The notes under the pieces are model-generated. The model was not told the origin of the DNA, did not search any database, and was given only the letters and a program-made list of their open reading frames with translations. Shown piece by piece: positions 13,001-27,300 of a DNA stretch of 64,000 nt. The stretch lies in the NCBI GenBank assembly GCA_965112155.1, contig OZ218098.1; one strand, 5' to 3'. The DNA is from Podarcis liolepis (Eukaryota). Each line of letters begins with the position of its first letter. Positions within the stretch are counted from its first letter, which is position 1. Made by a program: the position numbers and the translations under genes.

Positions 13001-15276
13001 TGAATAACAAATCTGAATGAAGAAACTTGCCAAAGGCAGGGGCAAAGTCCTGCATAAACACAAACTCTTCATATTCCATTTTCTTTCTTTAATCATGTTG
13101 CGGTAAGCTAGGCAAGTTAAAACAAGAGGTTATGCCTTGGCTCTAAAGTCATGTAACATTTAATACAAGTCAAATGTCTGTTGTGGTGTTTCTTATTTAA
13201 TTGCTGTAAGTCAATCAACCCCTTTGTTATGGTCAATAGCCAGCGGTCAAAATAGAAATGCCCAAATATATAAAATGATCCCCAACAAAACAAAGTAAAG
13301 ACTGACAATGCTGAAATTACTAGTAACTGTATCATACTATATAATACCGGGAATAGAGAGCAAAATTACAAGTTGCTAAAGTTTTACATGCAGCAGCACT
13401 ATAATTAGCCATGCTGCAAGAAATTGATGCTTTCTGATCTGAAGGGAGTGCAAAAACATAAAATGTGCCCTGGGAATTTCCATATAAAGGGTAATCCATG
13501 GAAACCACAGAACTAATCTTACCCACTCTTTCCATGTGCCCTTAGGGTTCTGCCTAATGATGGGCTCAAGATGTTTCCGGAGGGTCTGGCAGGCATCCTG
13601 ATGACATTGGGAGGAGCACAAAGAAGGAAAATTTCTATGTAAGACATTGAAAGGGTTCTGTTTTTGCCATGCTGCTACGCTGTTGCTCACACCACAGGAG
13701 TCATTGAACACTAGCCTATGGCATTGCCAAGAGGTTATTTCAACAAAAAAATCAAGAGCCTCCACATTCAGTCCTGAGCAGCTTAAATTCTGCAACCCAG
13801 AAGAGGAAGGGCATCAGTTAAACCTCATTAAGGCTTCTTCTGTACTACAACCAATTGGGCAAATTTGCACTAACCAGATGTTGCATGCTCTGTGCTGTAG
13901 CTCACCAGGTAAGGACCATAGCTCAGTGGTGGAGTATCTGCTTCGCATGCAGAACATCCCAGGTTCAATCCCTGGCATTGCCAGGTAAGTCTGATAAAGA
14001 GCCTTGCCTGAAAAACTGGAGAACCACTCCCCATCAGTGTAGACAAAACTAAGTTAAATGGGCCAGATGTCTTACTTGGTATATGGCAGTTTCCTATGCT
14101 GTTCCTGTGATTCGTACATTCCCACCTAGCTGTCTGAAAGCCATTGCAGGATAGAGCATGAGACTCTTAACCTCAGGGTCATGGGTTCGACCCCCACATT
14201 GGGTGCGAGATTATTGCATTGCAGTGGGTTGGACTAGATGACCCTCATGATCCCTTCAACTTTACAATTCTATGAATCTATGAAACTCCCAGCACTTCCC
14301 ATCTCAGCGTGTATCTTCTCTGCAAAACACAATGTTGCTCAAGGTATGGGGAATAAGAGAAAGTAGGACTCAGCTCCTGAAGGTGTGTCTCCACCCCCAT
14401 CTTTCAGCCCGGACACTGAGGTCCAGCTCCGAGGGCCTTCTGCTGGGTCCCTTGCTGCGAGAAGTAAGGTTACAGGGAACCAGGCAGAGGGCCTTCTCGG
14501 TAGTGGCGCCCTCCCTGTGGAATGCCCTCCCAGCAGATGTCAAGGCAATAAGCAACTATCTTACTTTTAAAAGACATCTGAAGGCAACCCTGTTTAGGGA
14601 AGTTTTTAATGTTTAATGCTGTACTGTGTTTTTAATATTCAGTTGGGAGCCGCCCAGAGTGGCTGGGGAAACCCAGCCAGCTTGGTGGGGTATAAATAAT
14701 AAATTATTATTATTATAGTTTATACGTTATTTAAGGTTGCAATCCTAAAACACAGTCAGGCACCTGTGTTCAAGAAGTCAGTGGTGCTTTCTTCTGAGCG
14801 TTTCTGTGCACTTAGTATGAAAGTCTTTCAAAAAAAACAATACATTTCATCATCATCTACCAGAAGTAAGCTCCTATGAATATCTTTCAAGAAGCTGGAA
14901 CCTTGGAATTTTGCACTAACTAGAAGATTAATATCTTATTTTACCTTCACTGCCATTCCATTGACATCCGTTCCCATTGATCCAACTGAAGCACATGCAT
15001 TCGGGACTGTCTGCGTACTTGTTTCACAGAAGTGAATATTTGACATTGGCATCTTTAATTCTCGGCTTGCAACCTAGAATGAGAAAGGAATACGTACAAT
15101 ATTCTGTTTTAAGTACAGCAACCTAGACCAGGCTTCCTCACCTTCGGCCCTCCAGATGTTTTTGGCCTACAACTCCCTTGATCCCTAGCTAGCAGGACCA
15201 GTGGTCAGGTATGATGGGAATTGTAGTCTCGAAACATCTGGAAGGCCGAGGTTGAGGAAGCCTGACCTAGACCTTT

Positions 15277-15308
<32 letters not shown>

Positions 15309-18300
15309 GTTACACCTCATAGTTCTGCTTGCAAAAGGTCTTTTTGGGTTCAGTGGCATTCACAAAGACACTCAACAAATGCCATTGACCCAAATTCCCC
15401 CACTTTCAGCAGCTGAATACTGTATGGAATAATTATACTCCCATGGTCATGGAGGGGGTATAGCTGGAGAAATCAGATTAAGGTTTAGCTCCTCCACAAT
15501 GTCTACTGTATATAGACCATACAAAGAAGCCAGAGCCTATTTTATCATGTACATGTATCAGGAACTGATAACTATTTAATTTGCTTGCGTATAATCACAG
15601 CTGTTCTGCATATTAACTAGAGTAACGCTGAAGGTAGGTGAAGAGATGTCAGGACGGGTTGGGTTTTTTGCTCCTCTTTTAATGCTGCAGACAGTTAAGG
15701 GAGTGTTCACCAACTTTCACATCTTGGCACCATCTTCTCTGACTAACCTTATTGCCCCAATGCAGATTAGTGTTGAAGCAGACTTAAATTATGGCTAAAA
15801 GCATGTGAAAGTAATGCGGACCAGAAACAGCCAGGTTTGTCCATCTTTTCATCGAGCATAACTAGCTCATTGTTCCCAATGTGGCTTCCCAACTGCAAAT
15901 AAAAGGCAGTATTGCGTGGCCAGACGAAGACCCCCCCGGCCCCCGGGTGGAATAATGACTCATGACATGTTATGGGATTAAAATTGGCCACAACTTTATT
16001 AAACTTTCAGATGTAGGGAGACCTTGGCATAGGCATTGGGCATTTATCCCTCCCAGTCCCCAGCCGGGGATCTGGGGAACATCAGGGTTGTCCAAACAGT
16101 GTGGGGATTGGGCTGGCTCTGGAGAATGTAAGCAGAGAGCCCACCCCCCATTTCACTGCAAAGCAGGGGAGAGCACTGACAACCTATCAGCGTACGGCCA
16201 GTGACTCCCCCAAAAACAACCCCTTTAATGGGGAACCCTGGGATCACCGCCACAGGGGGGGCATGGGTCACCGCTTCACGCCCCCCCCCAATTTAGGGAA
16301 GATAGACTAAAGGATTCCGCCCAAGGCCTGAAACTGCCAAGGTTGTGACGTTTTTGCTACGGGGAAGGCAAAACCTGCCAATGCAGGGAAATTCCTTCCT
16401 GATCCTTCAACAGCAACCATCAATGACCGTAGCAGCGCCCGCATACCTGTAAAGAAGATGTTAACCTGCAAAATGAAGGCATAAACTGAGGGAGGGCAGG
16501 GGACTGAGGACTCCCAGGTAAGTTCCACCCTCTATTGTGTGTGCAGGGCGGTCCCAACCCTACCTGGTTGACTCCCCTGGCAACACCTCCCCAGCTGGGA
16601 TTGGTTTACTGTCTGAGGTGGGGCGGGAACCTCCAGGTATCCAGCTCGGGGAGGTGAAAGCAGGCCGAATTGCCGGAATCGTGTGGGATCAGGGGGCTGC
16701 ACGCGGCCACGCAAAAAGCGCCCCCCATTTGAAGTGGGGAGCAGTCATTATTAGCCACAGCTAGAGGCAGTAATGCTTCCAGTTCCTGGAAACCACCGGG
16801 GGTTGGGTCCTCAATTAAAACTGGGGTTTGTAGAGACTTCCGGGGTGGCGCCTCCGGTGATGGCGGACTCCCTCTGAACTGGAGGGACTAGCTCCGCACG
16901 AAACGGGTCTTTTCCGCTGCAGCATAGCGGGGACCCTTTTGGAAATCACAGGCGGAGGAAGCCTGTGACCGTGGGACTCGGCGGGCACCCTTAGCGCGCC
17001 CCCAACCCACAAAGGAGCCCATAAACGGGCTCCGAAGTGAAGAGGGGGAAGTGGCGCGGTGCTGTGAAACAAAAGGAACTTGGACTTTTAAAAATTTACC
17101 CTAATTCGGTACTGAAATGGAAAGGGCTAAACAGGAAGTCACCCTTCCGTTCTCTTGTAGCTACAACAAAGCAAAGACAATGCAAACTAGAGCCTTAAAA
17201 ATTTACTTTTAAAGGATCGGCTTTCAGCACTTAAAATCGCGGAACCCCCCTTCGGAAGCAGGAGAAGAAGGGGGTCCCTTTATTGAGTTGTTTAAACCTG
17301 CAGAAATAAAGTTAAAGTACTTTTCCACCGACCTGACCCTGGAGCGGGGTGTCAGACTTGATGATTGAAGCTCATTGACCAGAAATAAATGCTTTGACAG
17401 ATAGTTAAAAGGAGAGAAACATTGTGACTCCATTGTTTCCTTTCGTCTTTTAAAAGAACTAATATGGACAAAACATCTTGAAAAAGAAACTCTGTTGCTG
17501 TTGTTTTCAAGGAAAAGAACAATCAGAAGTTCCCCCCCTTGAGGGGAATGACAAAACTGTAACTAAATTCTGGGAACTTGCAGCTGTCACTGATTACAAC
17601 CGTGGGAAAGGATTTTGTGACCTTGCAGGACAATGCCTTCAGAAGCACTGCTGGGTGCTTTCTGTAAAATAAATGCCCTATTGGATCAATTAAGCCAAAA
17701 GATGGTTTTTATGACTAAGGCTGCCAGAACCTTTGATCAGGTAGTGGAAAAGTATATGGAACCCACTCAGGAACCAAAACAGGAGCGCGCCATGACAGAA
17801 CAACAGAAAGAAGAGGATTTTGTTGAATCTGGGGCGCCAGGGATGGGTCTTTTGGCCCAGCAGGGAAATGAACCTTTGGATTTGATAAATGAACTTGGGA
17901 AAAACCAGATTTGGAAAGACAAAGCTTGGATTGACTTGGAAATGGGGGGTTGGACTGACCCCCCCTATGCAGGGATGTTTGGACTTTCCGAGTCTGGCAA
18001 TGGGCCGCCAGAGGTTTGGAGCTGTTGGGACTTCCAATCTGGGAGGGAATTTGAAACATGTCCTAAAATACCACATGGAGCTTAGTCTGGACTATGAGAA
18101 AGGGGCTGACTTGTTGAAAAGGGTCAAAAACATTACTGAGCTGGCGTTCCCTCGAGTGAAAGGAAAATATGAAGAAGAGCTGCGGAAGGGACATGGAAGA
18201 TATTTGAAGGCCTCGGATGTAAGAGCACCAGGTTTATGTGCCAGAATAATGGGATAAAAAGGACTGACAATCCCGGGACCGGGGGGAGGGGACGCTGGAA

Positions 18301-21300
18301 GAAGATTGGATTGTTTATTATTCTCTTTTTTGTTTTCTATTACTAGAAATGTTTTATGAATGTTGGGAAAATGTTGAAATGAAATTACTTGGCTCTTGTA
18401 AAAAATGTTTTAAGAACTAGGTAAAAAGGTAATGGTTATGAGAAGTTAGTAAAGATAAGATTTAAGTTTTAAGTTTTAAGACTTTTTATAAGATAAGATG
18501 ATAATAGAGTAAGGTAACGTAATGACAGAATATTATGAATTATGAGAAGGATTTGCTGTGACAATTATAAATCAAGATACAAGAGAGGGGAGGAGGAGGT
18601 CATGGAAAGAAGGTAACGAAAATTGATAACTTGAAAATAATGGTTTGTTTTTTCTTTTTTTCTTTTGTTGTTTTTTTTTCTTTTTATAATTTTGTTTTTT
18701 ATCTTTGTAATTTTGAGAAAACTCTTTTTTTCAATAAATATTATTTTTTAAAAAAACAAAAACTGGGGTTTGTAATTACCCTTATCTTGAGATCAGACCA
18801 CTATATTCCATCTGGCATAACTTCACTGAAACTAATAAATAGATGCCAGGAAGTAACATGGACTGCTGCCATCTTTTTAAAACAGAAAATTAAAGATGTC
18901 AATCAGCAGAAACTCTCATTAAAGCAATTTGTTATTCACACACACAAGCAAGAGATAAGCAATTCCTAGTACCTGGATCATTTTGGTGTGGAGCCCTTGC
19001 CCCATTTCTACACCACCGTAAGTCAGAAGCACGGACCCATCGGTATACAAATGAACCAGAGCAGCGGCCTGCATAAAATAAGAACACACAGTTTGGCTCT
19101 GCACTCTGCATGAAACGAGCAGAAATGTTTTCACTTGGGCTGTCTTTATCAATCTAAAAGTGAAGAGCTATATATATATTTTAAAGAGACGCTCTGCAAT
19201 GAAAGGTTAGGATTGCTGCTACAATCTGCTGCACTAGTGTTAGCCCTATTCTTAGGTCAGGGATTGGCAACCTCAGGCCAAGGAGTCAAATGCAAGCCTC
19301 CAGGACTTGCCCTGACTTTTCCCAAGCCACATCCACTCTCCAAACACAAGTCCCTAGCCGTCCATGTTTCACACCCTCCACGAGTGCTTCTCCCTTGATG
19401 GAATATGCACTTGAATACTGATAAGAAGAGTTTGGATTTGGATTTGATATCCCGCTTTATCACTACCCGAAGGAGTCTCAAAGCGGCTAACAATCTCCTT
19501 TCCCTTCCTCCCCCACAACAAACACTCTGTGAGGTGAGTGGGGCTGAGAGACTTCAGAGAAGTGTGACTGGCCCAAGGTCACCCAGCAGCTGCATGTGGA
19601 GGAGCAGGGAATCAAACCCGGTTCACCAGATTACGAGTCCGCTGCTCTTAACCACTACACCACGCTGGCTGTTGCTCGTTTGGAAGATAGAAAAGGGTGT
19701 GTAGAAACTAGCCAATGGTCCAAAGATGAAATTCACACTTGTTGCTCTGTCAGCTTCTGCCTTTGGCCCTCTTCACCCGTGAAGGTTGACAGAAGGGCTA
19801 AAAATTATTTCCCCATCCTTGCATTAAGCAGAGGAAAACAGCTACCCCAGGCAAGCAGATGCTGGGGTGGTAGGGAGAAGTGGTATAGGAGGACAGAGAT
19901 ACACGTAGCCTGGCCTGCACCCCTAAGCCAGTCTGCTGTCCTCATGTGTGGTGGTGGGCATTGCCTGCTCAGAAGTGCTGAAGTGACCTTCCACTGCCAA
20001 ATTTCTGTATGTGGAATTGGAAACGCACTGTCCTTGTGGACAGCAAAATGTCTCGGGGCAGTCTTGAGCACGGTGTTGCTGTTCTGCTGGTGGTACACAG
20101 TGCTAGTAAAACTGCCATGTTGATGGTTCACCAGCAATGCAAGGATGATGATGATGATGATGATAGGAAAGTCAAGGTTGCAGTGGGGGAAGAATGGTGC
20201 TTAGTGGGAATTCCATGCCTGCTTGGGGGTCAGTCGTAACTTGAGAATACACCACTGAAAGCTGCAAAGGAGACGGCATAAATAAAAACCACTCCCATGT
20301 ATTGCCCTCCTACAATCAAAGCGCAGTAAAGGATTACAACTGACACTGCTGCCAACCATGGCACACCTATCAGGAGCATGTCTGCCCTTGTAAGGGAAGC
20401 TAGCTCAGATTTCAAGTTGTGTGGCAAGGGGCATGCAAGTGGGAACTGCAGTGAAAGGGAGCACTTTCCAAAACGAAACAGAAAACAGCCAATAATAATA
20501 ATAAAATAAAAACAAGAAAGGCATGTGACCAATGCTTGTCTTCTTGTACAGTGTCCAGAGAAACTGACCTGACCTAGGGAGCGTAAGCCAAATCCAACAG
20601 GGAACGTCATGGGAATAATGGCAATCCCCTTTTTCTTCCAGTAATTTTCCTTATTGAATTTATTCACAGCTTCTTTCCTGGTGTGATACATAGACTTCTC
20701 CATGCATTCGTCCCAGCATCTGAGGAGGTTCTCTGGCTTGAGCTCTTGTTTATAAGCTGTCTGTCCGGTTTCTTTGTACATATTTATTTCTCTAATCTGG
20801 AAGACAAGTATCTCAACAAACTGCAATATGGTGCCACATTCATAACGAGCTTTGGGAGTTAAGATGCATTTACCCAAAGCCAAACCTTATATAGATTTTT
20901 CTCAGCCTAGAGGTAGAATTGGGCCTATTTATATTTTACACACACATCCACATTTGAACTATTACCAGATCATAAAGTATTATTAATGCTAGCATCAATA
21001 CAAGCAAGTAACAATAATATTCAGGACACCTCAAAAACAGGATTCAGTCACACAAGGGTACTTAATTATATGACCAGGATCAATATATTTGAGAAAGCAA
21101 ACTTTTCAAAGTGGGTTTCATCTAGGTCTTATTAATACAGAAACCAAACAAGCCCATTTCTTATGCTCCTTTACAGCTGAAAGGGTCCCAAAAGTGGGGA
21201 GCAGGGAGTTGATAGCCTGCCCACCACTAGAAAGCAAGAGGGCAATTAAACTATTCATGGTACTGAAACCAATGTTAGATGCCAAGTTCTTATCTCCTAC

Positions 21301-24300
21301 TGATGCAGCTACATTTCCTCTCAGCTAACACTCCTTTCTGATAGGCTTTCTGAAAGTTCAGTCTTGCAAAAGTCCTGTGAAAAGTATCTTGCAGTCCCTG
21401 GTTTATCTGAAATCTTCAAAAGTGTACTCTGTGTACTCGGGTCTCTTCTTTCTGGGGAGTGCATAAGCTACTTACACCCAGCCTTCACTCTCACACCTCT
21501 TCCCAGAATGCCCTTTGCAACCAGCTGCACTTTTTCATTCACTCTTAAAATTTCAGAACCATAGGCATGCAGTTTCTCTTTCTCCCCGCCCCCAATCTAC
21601 CTTCTCTGGTAATAATCCACATCTGGCTGCAACGCGTGTTATCCAGGCTTCTGTAATGAGTCCTCCTTGTGGGAAACCGAAGCCACGGAAAGCAGTGTTG
21701 GGTGGCATGTTTGTCTTGCAAGCGCGGGCGTGAGCTCGGATATTGGGAATCTTGTAAGAATTATTCAGTTTCAGCAGCATTATCTCCGAAACCTTCATCA
21801 GGGGAACATTAATAGCTGAGCATGAGAATAACAACAATATGAGAGAACACTGGGCCGTTCGCAACATAGGGTGACCTTCTTCTAATACGGGCATTAACCA
21901 CTCCCACTCCCCTCTCCAGGAACTCCTGAAGCTGTTGCCTCCATTATTGTTTTGGCAAGGAGGACACTGAAAAGCTGGGATGGTTAGTGCTGTGCTGCTA
22001 CTAGGTCTCTTGCTGAAACAAGTTGAGCAGAGGTTAAAAGGACTGAATACAATGCACAGAAATGAAAATGGGATCAAACAGGCAAGAAAGAAGCTAAGGT
22101 TCAGATTCCATGTGCCACAATCAACTGAAGCAAATCAAAGCTAATGCCTATTGCTAAATGGAGCCAACGTGTTGCTCCCCAGAGGTTGTTTGGTTGCAAC
22201 ACCCACCATCTCCGAGTGTTTACCACAAGGCTGGGGCCGATGGGAGTTGTAGCCCAACAGAATGTGGAGGGCACCGTGTTGGCTTCCCCTGGCCTATTAA
22301 CACTAGCCTCTTTTCACAAATGGGGGGCAGGGAGAGAACTGGACCGCACCAGCCATGCCCCAATGATGGCACATGTCTCAGGCCATGCTCCTCCACATGC
22401 CTTCAGGTGTATGTATGCTGGAGCTTCTATTATGAAGATCAGGTACAGTAGTGTGCGGCTGTAGCTAATGTGTATTCTGGAAAATGCACATTGCTAAAAT
22501 ATCCCAAGTCTGTCTGCACTCAGCTATTTATGGTGAATGCCATACCATACATTTATTTATATTAAAAAGCCGTTGGGCAAGTTGAACATTTTCACTGGTT
22601 TGTATGTGTGTATATATTTGTTTTGGATTTAATTGTTGACCTTTCTTGTTTTATCTAACCTGATTTCATTGTTGAAACATTGTAAACTGAACTCCTGCAA
22701 CTGGACGGGTGATAATGTAACATATAGTAACTAGGGGAACAGCGGCTTTTTAAAAATCACCCTACATAAGTAAATCAATTAATCAATCTTTATTACGGTC
22801 CAGAGACCCAACAAATCGTTACAAAGCAATGCACAATTCAGACAGCCTACCTCAAGGTTAAACAAGCATTTTGTTCAGACGTAAAGATAGGGATCATTGG
22901 TTCTTGCAACCACTGATAAAAACTTTGCCACTGATAATGTTCTAGCGTTTGTCCGGTCTTCCAATAGGAACCTGACATAGTGAGCCTCTGATTTTCCCGG
23001 GAAAGGTACCAGCAAGGGTAATATCAGTAACTAGGGGAAGAGCGGCTTTTTAAAAATCACCCTACATAAGTAAATTGCATTCATCCTCATAAGAGCTGCC
23101 CTTTTCCCCACTGTTCTCATAGGAAGGTGGTGTTTTGTTCATTTTCCTATTGTACAACATGAAAAATCATTCCGGTTAAAACATACTCACCAGAACAGAA
23201 TCATCAGTGGTGCATCCTCCATTCAAGTACAAATTGATATCCAAAGCCATGATTCTGCCATCACTCATGAAGCCAACCTAAATTGGATCAATGAAAGGAC
23301 AGGCTACTTTGAGCTTAATGCCCGGTACTCTCCACTTATCTATTATTTAAATGGTACTGCAGCAAAATATAGTCTTTGCGGGGGGTGTTCGGGGTTTTTG
23401 AGTGGGGCTTGCTGTTCTTTTTTCGTACAGTGGTGCCTCGCAAGATGAAAAGAATCCGTTCTGTGATTCTCTTCGTCTAGCGGTTTCTTCGTCTTGTGAA
23501 GCAAGCCCATTGACGGATTAGAGGATTAGCGCTATTAGCGCTATTAGCGGCTTTTAGTGGCTTATCGGATCAGCTGATAAGCGGCTTAGCGGCTTAGAAA
23601 AAGGGGGGGGGAGGAAAAAAACCCCACAGGAACTCGCAAGACATTGTTGTCTTGCGAAGCAAGCCCATAGGAAATTCGTTTTGCGAAGCACCTCCAAAAT
23701 GGAAAACTCTTTCGTCTAGCGAGTTTTCCGTCTTGCGAGGCATTCGTCTTGCAGGGCACCAGTGTATCTTTATTTTAGACCTTGTGATTTACTTTTGTTG
23801 TTTTGTAGTTATGTATTTTTTCATGTTGTAAGTCACCTTGAGCATGGATTGAACTGTGGAAAGGCGGCATACAAATAAAATTATGTATGTACAAACAACC
23901 ATTCAGTTAAAAGGATAGCTTTCCCTGCAATAAACACAGAAGATGAGGCCAAATCTTTCCCTATTTTCACTGCAATGTTGACCACAGGCAGATCCAGTCA
24001 TTTCATTATAATTACAGTGCTACCTTGGGTTAAGTACTTATTTCTTTCCGGAGGTCCGTTCTTAACCTGAAACTGTTCTTAACCTGAAGCACCACTTTAG
24101 CTAATGGGGCCTCCTGCTGCTGCCACGCCACCAGAGCACGATTTCTGTTCCCATCCTGAAGCAAAGTTATTAACCCAAGGTAATATTTCTGGGTTAGCGG
24201 AGTCTGTAACCTGAAGCGTATGTAACCTGAAGCGTATGTAACCCGAGGTACCACTGTATATCCTTTTGTAAGTTGCTTTGAGAGGTGAGAAGAGGAATAT

Positions 24301-27300
24301 GATGTTTTAAAATAGGGCAATATTTAAAGCATTTACATAGCACTTCATAAGGTTCAGGGTGCTTCAGATACATTGAATGCCTTTGGATGATAAGAATGAG
24401 ATATGAAACAGCCTTTTGCCAACCCTTCATTGTTGTTGTTGTTGTTTAGTTGTTTAGTCGTGTCCGACTCTTCGTGACCCCATGGACCAGAGCACGCCAG
24501 ACACTTCTGTCTTCCACTGCCTCCCGAAGTTTGGTCAAACTCATGCTGGTAGCTTCGAGAACACTATCCAACCATCTCGTCCTCTGTCGTCCCCTTCTCC
24601 TTGTGCCCTCCATCTTTCCCAACATCAGGGTCTTTTCCAGGGTGTCTTCTCTTCTCATGAGGTGGCCAAAGTATTGGAGCCTCAGCTTCAGGATCTGTCC
24701 TTCCAGTGAGCACTCAGGGCTGATTTCCTTCAGAATGGAAACCCTTCATAGAAGCCACCTAATAAACCTAGAAGTCTTAGTTATCTTCTTTGCAAACACT
24801 CTTTGAACACTCCTCATCATACCATTTCAAAAAACTGAGACACAATGGCTTGCTGGGAGCTCCTGAATGTGTGAGCTGAATGTAGCAGCAGCAGAGTCAA
24901 TCTCTGCCATGTTTGGATACTTCACACATCTCCAATGTGACTATGCTTGTACATGTGCAGTCCCTTCTCCAGGCAACTGACAAGCATGCCTTTGCAGTTT
25001 CTTGCCTGCATGGGAGAGATTCTATTTGCAGAAGAATGTTGCAAATGAGTGAGGGAACACATGTGGGTAGATACCTTTCCCATAACTGTGTTCCTTGAGT
25101 GCAACGAAGAATGCCAACAAAGTTTGAAGAGGACTGAAGGACCTCTAGTAATGTGAGCCTGTGCCTTTCTACTTTCACAGCTCAGCCTCTGAGGTACCAT
25201 GCTACATGTGTGGCATTCACAATTGATGCAAGTGCATTGTTCTATGTACACATTTATTTGCAAGATGAGAAGCAGGAAAAAATTCTGACACACAGGTTAA
25301 TTCTGCTGCTTACTTTATATTTGCCGATGGTTGGGTGACGGCCTCCGGTGATTAACATGTCAGTGCTTCTGTCTAGAACACAGCGAACTGCATGGCCTGT
25401 CCTGAAAACAAAAAAATAGCTAAGTAGAGAGTGACAAAGAGGGCTGCCCCAACCTACTAGGCAATTCAAACTACTGCCTCGGGTGGCAAAACTCAATGAG
25501 TGCCACTGCAATACTTATGTAATCATCAAACAGATTTCAGGTTTCTGTAGAATGTGGGAGATATCAGAGGAAAGATGCAAGGAAAAGGAGAGAGCTCTTT
25601 AAGTTTAAAACAAGCTGTTCCAACCAGTGGTGGCTGTGAATGGAAACTGAAGTAGGGAGAGAGAGAGAGAGAGAGTTTTTTGCACAGGTGTGAAAGTGTA
25701 ATTTGTGATCTTTGAGAAGCATGTTTTATTTTCTAAGTTTGTAATAAAAGCATTCTATGTAACCAAGCCTAAAACGCCCCTTTGATGCCTACTTTTATGA
25801 TAATGTAGCTTAACATTTTCTTAGGAGCCCCCTGCACATCATATGGCAGACAGACACATGTGATCCATGTTTATTCATCTAGAATAACCAAACCCCTGCT
25901 CCATGTTCATAATAACTGCTACCACATAAACTACTCCCATATACTTGAACTATAGGCAATGGATCAAACGGGAAGGGAGCTATACTATCACCAAACTAGT
26001 TGTGATGTTAAACATGTTGGGCAGAGCCATACCATATACAGTGGTACCTTGGGTTATGAACTTAATTTGTTCCAGAGGTCCATTCTTAACCTGAAACTGT
26101 TCTTAACCTGAGGTACCACTTTAGCTAATGGGGCCCTTGCCGCCGCCCCGCAATTTCTGTTCTTATCCTGAAGCAAAGTTCTTAACCCGAGGTACTATTT
26201 CTGGGTTAGTGGAGTCTGTAACCTGAAGCGTCTATAACCTGAAGCGTCTGTAACCCGAGGTACCACTGTATTTAAAGAACGTTCAACACACATTTAAAGC
26301 ACATGTCTTCCACCAAAGAACCCTGGGAAATGAAGTTTCCCCATCACAGAGCTACAACTCTCAGGGCCCTTAGCAAACTACATCTCCCAGGATTCTTTGG
26401 GGGGGGGGAGCCAAGCACTTTAAAAGCACTTTATGTGCTTTTAATGTATGGTGTGGATCTGCCTGCTGCCATCTGTAGGTCCCTTTTCTTTTTGATAGTA
26501 TCCATTGTGTGTGGAGGTGATTTGGCTTAACCCCTTTCCCTATGGCTTTTTCCACCACCAGCCCAGCTAATATTTACAGATTTGCACCTCCGGGGAAGAA
26601 ACAGCAGCTTCACTCCCTGCCAGCTGCTATTTAAAAGGGTGTAGGGACCCCATGACAGACAATGTGTCTAACATTCCATCTAGTTTTGCTCTAAGAAAAC
26701 CATGTTATTATAGCCTAGAGTGTTCAAGTACTTAACTTTTCAGACTGCTAAGTGTTGTGCTTTTAAGCTACTGTGCTCCTTTGAGGCTGTATTCACTGGA
26801 GTCTTTTGCTGTTTTCACTGTGCTGTTCTTTTTAATTTGGCAACGTTCCTATCATATTGTATGACACTGCATTTTTTAAGAAATTGTAAACTGCCCCAGG
26901 AACTCTATAGTGCTTCTGGTGTGGAATATAAATGCAGCAAATAAATGCTTCAGCAATTCTTTGGATGCTTGTCTTTCCAACTTTGAGCATGTTTCAGCAT
27001 TTTATTCACATGCTACCATCTAAGGAAATAGTTCCCGTACTGATCCCGCGCATACCAAGCGCACACGCACAGAGAATAGCTATTATCATGGCTGAAATCC
27101 AGAGGAGACAAAACCTTTAAATTAAATGAGCTGAATAAGTATGTTATTTTTTTAATAAAATGAAAAACTTAATCAGGGAGCAAGCCCCAGTCCCTTAATG
27201 TGGCTTCCTTCTCAGTAAACACGAACAGGCTTGCAATGTGAAATCCCAACATTAACTATCATTTATGGTGATGGGAATGGTAGCCCAAAACCTCTGGAAG

